Origin: an uncultured Bacilli bacterium
Lineage (GTDB): Bacteria > Bacillota_I > Bacilli_A > RF39 > UBA660
Length of the DNA stretch: 64,000 bases
Assembly: GCA_934120635.1 (NCBI GenBank)
Contig: CAKOUR010000008.1
Location: 2,042 to 66,041, forward strand
Reading direction: 5' to 3'
Shown here: positions 58,306 through 64,000 of the stretch, in pieces
How positions within the stretch are numbered: the stretch's first letter is position 1
How the letters are laid out: each line of letters starts with the position of its first letter
The notes under the pieces: model-generated
Seen by the model: the letters and a program-made list of their open reading frames with translations, nothing else
Told to the model about the DNA's origin: nothing
Database searches by the model: none
Made by a program: the position numbers and the translations under genes

Positions 58306-59160
58306 TTAAAAATCTTTTAAGTAGGTTTTTAATTCTTCTTTTAATTCTTTATTTTCTAAAGCGTAGTCAATATTTGCTTTTAAGTAGCCTATTTTTGAAC
58401 CTGTATCATAATATTTTGCATTTAATAAACAAGCATAAAATTTCTCTTTTTCCATTAATTTTTTCATTGCGTCTGTAAATTGATATTCATTTCCAACACC
58501 TAAGCTTAAAGATTCTAAGATAGTAAATATTTTAGCGCTTACTATATATCTTCCTAGACCTGCATAATTTGAAGGAGATTCATCAATTGATGGTTTTTCA
58601 ATAATGGTATTTATTTCTTTTGTACTTTTATTTTTAAATTCTATCATTCCATACTTAGAAGATAATTCTTTTGGTACTTCTAGTGCTCCTATGATATTTG
58701 CTGAAGTTTGATTATGAAGTTCAATTAGTTGTTTTAATGCTGGTACTTCTGATTTCATTAAATCATCACCATATAAAACAGCAAAATCATCTTCTCCTAC
58801 AAAAGTTTTTGCTAGTTTAATGGCATGTCCACTTCCTTTTGGTTCTCCTTGACGAATAAAATAAATATTGATGTTTTCTGGTTTCGTGTTTAATAATTCT
58901 AATTCTTTTGTTTTGTCTTTTTGTTCTAGTCGATGTTGTAATTCAAAGTTTTGGTCAAAATAGTCTTCAATTACTTTTTTATATGGGCTTGTAATTAATA
59001 AAATATCTGTAATTCCTGATTCTATACATTCATCAATAATGTAGGATAATGTTGGTTTATCTACTATTGGTAACATTTCTTTTGGTACTGATTTTGTGAT
59101 TGGTAAAAATCTAGTTCCTAATCCTGCTACTGGGATTACTGCTTTGGTTATTTTTTTCAT
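58306..59160 (-). CDS. galU: UTP--glucose-1-phosphate uridylyltransferase
   Basis: KAVIPVAGLGTRFLPITKSVPKEMLPIVDKP, and a GEPKGSGHA segment consistent with galU. Confidence 0.92.
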   Translation of the reverse strand: MKKITKAVIPVAGLGTRFLPITKSVPKEMLPIVDKPTLSYIIDECIESGITDILLITSPYKKVIEDYFDQNFELQHRLEQKDKTKELELLNTKPENINIYFIRQGEPKGSGHAIKLAKTFVGEDDFAVLYGDDLMKSEVPALKQLIELHNQTSANIIGALEVPKELSSKYGMIEFKNKSTKEINTIIEKPSIDESPSNYAGLGRYIVSAKIFTILESLSLGVGNEYQFTDAMKKLMEKEKFYACLLNAKYYDTGSKIGYLKANIDYALENKELKEELKTYLKDF

Positions 59161-59175
59161 TTTAGTATCTCCTTT

Positions 59176-60453
59176 TTAAATATCGATATAGATATTTGTT
59201 TTATAAATATTATTATTTATTTTTATATAAATAGAATATTTTCCTGATAATCCATATTGATTAATAATGGTTGTTTTTGATTTTACATCATATACTCTTT
59301 TATCTAAAAATTTATCTAATATGATGTATGATTCATCACTATCTTTAAAATTACCAGTTAAGATGATTGTTTCTTTTGTCTTTTTGATATTAATGTTATA
59401 ACTTTTATATTTAGTATCTATTTTTTTATAATTTACTAAGAGAATTTCTTTCTTAGAAAGGGGAGTAATGTTATTATTTTGGAAAGTTACTCCATTAATT
59501 AATTTATAATTTGTATTATCTTTGTAGTAATTTATACTAATATTTTTAGTGGTTATTTGATTTCTTTTTTTGGATGTTGATTCCTTTTTATTTTTTAGAT
59601 TAATTGTTGTTTCTTGAGTTTCATTTGCTATGGTAATACTATTATCTTTTAATTCTACTATTTTTGTATAATTATTTTTTAAAGAATACTTATCTAGAAC
59701 TTGGCCTGTTTGCCAGTCTAGTTCTATTAAATCATCGGATAATAAGTAAAGAGAATTTTTTGTTTCTAATATATCATATATTTTATTTTCTAGGTTTATT
59801 TGTTTATAGATTTTTCCTGATAAATCTATTTCTATTAAAGAATATCTTTGATTATTATTAATTTCTAATAAGATATTTCCATTTTGTAATAGATAGGGAA
59901 GGCTCTCTACTTTGTTTTTATAATACCAAATAATATTATGATTACTATCTATTCCATAAAGTTTATTATTATCTACTACTAGATTTAATTTATTGGGTTG
60001 AACTTCTAAATTTTCAAAAGAATTTGATTTTTCTACTTTCCCTGTTTTGATTGCGTAGGTTTTCTTTTCCTTATTTGTTATTACTTCTATTTTATTTTCA
60101 CTATTTTCTGTTAATCCATAGATAGGAATAATATGTTTAGTATCTTCTTTATAAGTATTTTCTATGAATGATGTATTATCTTGACTGTATATTTTTATTG
60201 TTATTTTTGTTTGATATGGAGTTTCAAAAAGAATCATTGCAGTTAATGGGGAGTCACCATATGGATTTTTAATAATATTTGGATTTTCTAAAGTGTATCC
60301 ATATGGAGTTATATATTTTTCTTGACTTTTTTGGTTGTCTATTTTTTCTTCTATTTCATCTACTTTTTCGTTAGCACTTACTATTTTGTAGCCTAACATT
60401 GTGCATGATATCATAATCATGAGAAATGAAGAAATGATTAAAAATTTTTTCAC
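59176..60453 (-). CDS. Secreted/anchored protein; arylsulfotransferase (ASST)-like N-terminal domain and beta-propeller (tentative)
   Basis: N-terminal signal anchor. NPYGDSPLTAMILFETP...HIIPIYGL resembles the ASST N-domain consensus from memory. Confidence 0.4.
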   Translation of the reverse strand: MKKFLIISSFLMIMISCTMLGYKIVSANEKVDEIEEKIDNQKSQEKYITPYGYTLENPNIIKNPYGDSPLTAMILFETPYQTKITIKIYSQDNTSFIENTYKEDTKHIIPIYGLTENSENKIEVITNKEKKTYAIKTGKVEKSNSFENLEVQPNKLNLVVDNNKLYGIDSNHNIIWYYKNKVESLPYLLQNGNILLEINNNQRYSLIEIDLSGKIYKQINLENKIYDILETKNSLYLLSDDLIELDWQTGQVLDKYSLKNNYTKIVELKDNSITIANETQETTINLKNKKESTSKKRNQITTKNISINYYKDNTNYKLINGVTFQNNNITPLSKKEILLVNYKKIDTKYKSYNINIKKTKETIILTGNFKDSDESYIILDKFLDKRVYDVKSKTTIINQYGLSGKYSIYIKINNNIYKTNIYIDI

Positions 60454-60562
60454 TATTTCACTACTTCCTCTATAATGATTGTAGGTGTATTATAACATAA
60501 ATTTATTTTTTTGTATAGAAACGAAAAGTTTTGTTCATAATAAGAATAGAATATTCGCAGAT

Positions 60563-60605
60563 ATTCACATAACAGTTCACTTCAATGTGAATTGCTTTTT
60601 TTTAT
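60563..60605 (+). terminator. Orphan plus-strand hairpin plus T-run with no upstream plus-strand gene
   Basis: ATTCACAT-N14-ATGTGAAT followed by TGCTTTTTTTT. Confidence 0.4.
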
Positions 60606-60645
60606 ATTCTATATTATAATCTTAAGTAGTTTAAGGAGGATAGAT

Positions 60646-61014
60646 ATGGATATTTTTTGTAAAATAATTAATGGGGAAATTCCTGGAAAAAAAGTTTTTG
60701 AAGATGATACTGTTATGGTGATTATGGATGTTAATCCTGTTAGTAATGGGCATTGTTTGGTTATCCCTAAAGTTCATTATCAAGATCTATATGATATAGA
60801 TATAAAAACTTTGAATCATATTTTAAAAATTGCTCGTGATGTTAGTAAAATACTTATGGAGAAACTTTCTTGTGATGGGATTACTTTAGTTCAGAATAAT
60901 GGTTCTATTCAAGAAGTGAAACATTTTCATTTACATCTTATTCCTAAATATGAAGGAAAAGATAAAGTTGATTTATCTGTTGATGATGTTTTCCACAAGA
61001 TTGTGGAAAAATAA
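60646..61014 (+). CDS. HIT-family (histidine triad) protein
   Basis: CKIINGEIP...VFEDD and HFHLHLIP. The ATG at 60646 is preceded by AAGGAGGA. Confidence 0.9.
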   Translation: MDIFCKIINGEIPGKKVFEDDTVMVIMDVNPVSNGHCLVIPKVHYQDLYDIDIKTLNHILKIARDVSKILMEKLSCDGITLVQNNGSIQEVKHFHLHLIPKYEGKDKVDLSVDDVFHKIVEK

Positions 61015-61022
61015 AAAAGAAG

Positions 61023-61066
61023 AAGACTTTTATCGTGATAGTGATTCTTCTTTTTTGTTTATGTCT
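61023..61066. terminator. Bidirectional terminator between HIT and the WXG100-like gene
   Basis: 12-bp stem AAAAAAGAAGAA / TTCTTCTTTTTT with a 20-nt loop. Confidence 0.55.
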
Positions 61067-61078
61067 ATTTTTTATTAT

Positions 61079-61361
61079 CTATCTTTCCCAAATTTTTACT
61101 TTAGTATTTGGATCTGCATATACATTAATTCCAGTTACTAAACTTGTAATGCTTTGGATTCTATTTTTATCAATTTCCATATCTGCTATTTTAGCGATTT
61201 TATCTGCTGTTTGGTGTCCACCATATGTATTTGCAGCAACTTTTACCCCTTCTATTACTTCCTGAACAGATTCTAATGTGGATATAAATTCTTCAACATC
61301 ACCCACTAAATTTTTACTTGCTGCTATAATTTTTCACTTGTTCTGGATTTACTGAACTCAT
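61079..61361 (-). pseudogene. WXG100/EsxA-like gene with an apparent +1 frameshift in an A5 run (YGG in place of WxG)
   Basis: GGAGG, then ATG at 61361, gives MSSVNPEQVKNYSSK*. The rest continues in the next frame (IIAASKNLVGDVEEF...VAANTYGGHQTADK...). Removing one A from the run at 61330-61334 gives a 93-aa ORF. Confidence 0.6.
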
Positions 61362-61507
61362 TTTTTCCTCCATAGTTATATGTTATTCCTTTACTTTTAT
61401 ATAACATGCTATATCAAATATTTAAAGAAAAAAAGGAATTATTTCCATTTTGATTGTAAAAAATAGACTTTTACTATATAATTATTTTTAGAATAGGAGT
61501 GGTATTA

Positions 61508-64000
61508 GTGATTATTTATGTGATTCATGAACAACAATTATTTAGTATGACTTTACCTTTAAACATTAGTGGTAGTTACACTCTAACTGATATTGATAGG
61601 AATAATAAAGAACGAAATCTTATTAATATAAGTGAACAAAATGGGAAATGGGTGGCTGTAAGTAATAAACACGTTAAAATTTGGCATGATAAGAAGGCTT
61701 TGGATTCTATTATATTAGAAAATTATCAATATTTGCTTCTTCAAGTAAAGGGAGAAGAAGGATTTCTTGTCATGTATTCTTGTCCTGTTAATGATAATTC
61801 TTTTGTAGGTGTTAAAATTCCTAAAAATATGGAATTTATTATTGGTAGTGGAGGAGATAATGCAATTAGTTGTAATAATCCTTTGATTGGGCATAAACAT
61901 GCTAAAATTACTTATCAAGATGGTGTTTGGAGTATAGAAGATTTGAGTACTCAATATGGTACTTTTGTAAATAATCAATTGATTCAAGGAAGAGTTCCTT
62001 TATTTCATGGAGATGTTGTTTTTATACTAGGACTTAAATTAATTGTTTTGGCTAATACTATTTATTTTAATAATCCTTTGGGGAGTGTTCTTTATAATAA
62101 AAATCTTTTTGATGAATTACCTGTTAGAGAAAAAATCCCACTAGTTACTACTAATGATGAAGATAATGAAATTGCTTTATATGAGGAAAATGATTTCTTT
62201 GTTAGATCGCCTAGATTTATGGAGGTTATTGAAGATAAACCTTTTAAAATTGATCCACATCCTAGTAATCAAGAACCTGAGAATGCACCTTTTCTTTTAA
62301 CGGTTGGTCCAATGATGACTATGGGGGCATCTTCTGTTGCTATGCTTATGTCTGCTATGTATTCTTTTCAGAATAATCAAAATGTAATGAGTGTTATGCC
62401 AACAATGGTTATGTCTGTTTCTATGTTAGCGGGTACTTTGTTATGGCCTACATTAAATCGATCTTATACCAAGAAACAAACAAAAAAGAAATTAAAGAAG
62501 ATTGAAGATAAATATGGTGCTTACTTAATAAAAAAAGAAACTGAATTATCAGAACTTTCTACGATTCAAAGACAAATTTTACTTTCTAATAATATTAGTC
62601 CTACTGAGTGTTTTCGACTTATTATAAGTAAAAGTAAAAGTTTATGGATGAGAGAGTTGCATCAAAATGACTTTTTAACTCTTAGATTGGGAATAGGAAG
62701 AGTTCCTTTAAAAATTAAATTTAGTTATCCTGAAGAAAAATTTCAATTGGATGAAGATAAATTAGATGAACGTATGCGTACTATTTTAGAAAAGTATAAA
62801 TATATTGATGGTGTTCCTGTTACAGAATCTTTTATTGAGAAAAATATTACTGCTATTACAGGAAAATATCCATTAATTAAAAATTATGTTGATCTTTTAA
62901 TTTTGCAAATGATTACTTTTCATAGTTATTATGATTTAAAAATTATTTTATTTACGGATTCTACTAAAGAAAGTGGTTGGGAATATTTAAAACAAATGCC
63001 TCATTTATTTAGAAATGATAAATTAATGAGATATTTTATTACTGATTTTGATGAAGGAAAAGAGGTTACTCAATATTTGCTTAGTGTTATTAATGCTAGG
63101 GAAGAAGCTTTTAATAAAGAACGTAATACTAATCAAGGTGATAAATATCGTAGTTTTGATACTTATTATATGATTATTACTGATAACTATGAGAATATAA
63201 AAGATTATCCTTTTATTGATAAAGTATTAAATCAACAGGGAAATTTAGGATTTAGTTTAATGATTATGCATCCTACTTTAGCTAATTTGCCAACACAATG
63301 TAAAGCTTTTATTGGAATAAATAGCTTAGATAGTGGAGGAATTTTTGAAAACGAATTATCTAAAGATACACAAAAATCATTTAAGATTGAAGGGGTTAAT
63401 CAATTAAATTTAAATGCATGTAGTTTAATTCTTAATAATATTCCTATTGAGAATAAAAGTGAAAGTTATTCATTACCAAGAAGTTATGGTTTTTTAGAAA
63501 TGTTTGATGCTGGTAATGTAGAGCAATTAAATTCATTAGAAAAATGGAAATTTAATGATCCTATTAATAGTTTGGCTGCACCAATTGGTCTTTCGATGAA
63601 TGGAAATTTATTTAAATTAGATTTACATGAAAAAGAAGCTGGTCCTCATGGATTAATTGCTGGTATGACTGGTTCAGGTAAGTCTGAATTTATTATTACT
63701 TATATTTTATCTATGGCAGTTAATTATCATCCTGATGAAGTACAGTTTGTTCTTATTGACTATAAAGGTGGGGGACTAGTTGGTGCTTTTGAAAATACTG
63801 AAACGGGAATTAGATTACCTCATTTAGCTGGAACTATTACTAATTTGGATACTGCTGATATTAATAGAGCTTTGGCTTCTATTGAAAGTGAGTTAAAAAG
63901 AAGACAAACTTTATTTAATGTAGCTAGAGAGAAATTAAATGAAGGAACTATTGATATTTATAAATATCAAAAATATTATCGTGAAGGTTTAATAGACACT
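61508..64000 (+). CDS. essC: Type VII secretion (T7SSb) FtsK/SpoIIIE-family ATPase EssC; N-terminal part, continues beyond the window
   Basis: I translated this by eye; it stays open to the window end. It has FHA-like N-terminal domains (GSGGDNAISC...HAKITYQDGVWSIEDLSTQYGTFVN), two TM helices, LDLHEKEAGPHGLIAGMTGSGKSEFIITYILS (Walker A) and LIDYKGGGL. GTG start after GGAG. Confidence 0.85.
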   Translation, partial: MIIYVIHEQQLFSMTLPLNISGSYTLTDIDRNNKERNLINISEQNGKWVAVSNKHVKIWHDKKALDSIILENYQYLLLQVKGEEGFLVMYSCPVNDNSFVGVKIPKNMEFIIGSGGDNAISCNNPLIGHKHAKITYQDGVWSIEDLSTQYGTFVNNQLIQGRVPLFHGDVVFILGLKLIVLANTIYFNNPLGSVLYNKNLFDELPVREKIPLVTTNDEDNEIALYEENDFFVRSPRFMEVIEDKPFKIDPHPSNQEPENAPFLLTVGPMMTMGASSVAMLMSAMYSFQNNQNVMSVMPTMVMSVSMLAGTLLWPTLNRSYTKKQTKKKLKKIEDKYGAYLIKKETELSELSTIQRQILLSNNISPTECFRLIISKSKSLWMRELHQNDFLTLRLGIGRVPLKIKFSYPEEKFQLDEDKLDERMRTILEKYKYIDGVPVTESFIEKNITAITGKYPLIKNYVDLLILQMITFHSYYDLKIILFTDSTKESGWEYLKQMPHLFRNDKLMRYFITDFDEGKEVTQYLLSVINAREEAFNKERNTNQGDKYRSFDTYYMIITDNYENIKDYPFIDKVLNQQGNLGFSLMIMHPTLANLPTQCKAFIGINSLDSGGIFENELSKDTQKSFKIEGVNQLNLNACSLILNNIPIENKSESYSLPRSYGFLEMFDAGNVEQLNSLEKWKFNDPINSLAAPIGLSMNGNLFKLDLHEKEAGPHGLIAGMTGSGKSEFIITYILSMAVNYHPDEVQFVLIDYKGGGLVGAFENTETGIRLPHLAGTITNLDTADINRALASIESELKRRQTLFNVAREKLNEGTIDIYKYQKYYREGLIDT

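Noticed and set aside
60592-60645. Upstream extension of the HIT ORF
   Set aside because: The extension is a hydrophobic junk translation across the T-run and promoter. The ATG at 60646 has a strong AAGGAGGA RBS and gives the canonical HIT N-terminus.
61035-61265. Plus-strand ORFs overlapping the WXG100-like gene
   Set aside because: They are shadow ORFs. The minus-strand reading gives an EsxA-like sequence with an RBS.
61715-61987. 90-aa minus-strand ORF
   Set aside because: It is antisense to the FHA region of essC, which is open through the whole region.

Overview
This is a very AT-rich window, roughly a quarter to 30% G+C by eye. It uses the standard genetic code: clpP ends in TGA and rpoB/rpoC are uninterrupted. 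It looks like core chromosome of a low-GC Firmicute, probably Erysipelotrichia or Bacilli-like, given the DnaB/DnaI loader pair, a short DnaE, a T7SSb-type EssC and GatCAB. Nearly all essential genes are on the minus strand. The conserved backbone, in minus-strand transcription order, includes:
- secE-nusG-rplK-rplA-rplJ-rplL, then a two-gene insertion, then rpoB-rpoC
- a T-box-controlled gatC-gatA-gatB-aspS operon
- dnaB-dnaI, dnaE, eno, clpP, mutY and galU

The left ~9.6 kb looks like the right-hand part of an integrated element. All of its cargo genes (a cadC-cadA metal-resistance pair, five unknown genes, a decayed ABC-ATPase stub) are on the minus strand. It ends with a plus-strand 701-aa large serine recombinase. 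The recombinase stop lies about 23 nt from a G+C-rich, 5'-truncated collagen-like gene fragment, which is followed by a GT2-TPR glycosyltransferase.

The right end of the window opens a type VII (T7SSb) locus: a frameshifted WXG100-like gene divergent from an FHA-EssC ATPase that runs off the window.

Other points:
- one ORF encodes a signal peptide, a cohesin-like module, an internal sortase-type sorting signal, a second signal-like helix, a dockerin and an SGNH hydrolase
- a HigB/RelE-like plus XRE pair sits downstream of rpoC
- there are candidate ribosomal-protein autoregulatory leaders
- a short AT-rich motif and hairpin family recurs in intergenic regions

No rRNA, tRNA or CRISPR array was seen. 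All protein identifications come from motif recognition by eye; no database search was possible.
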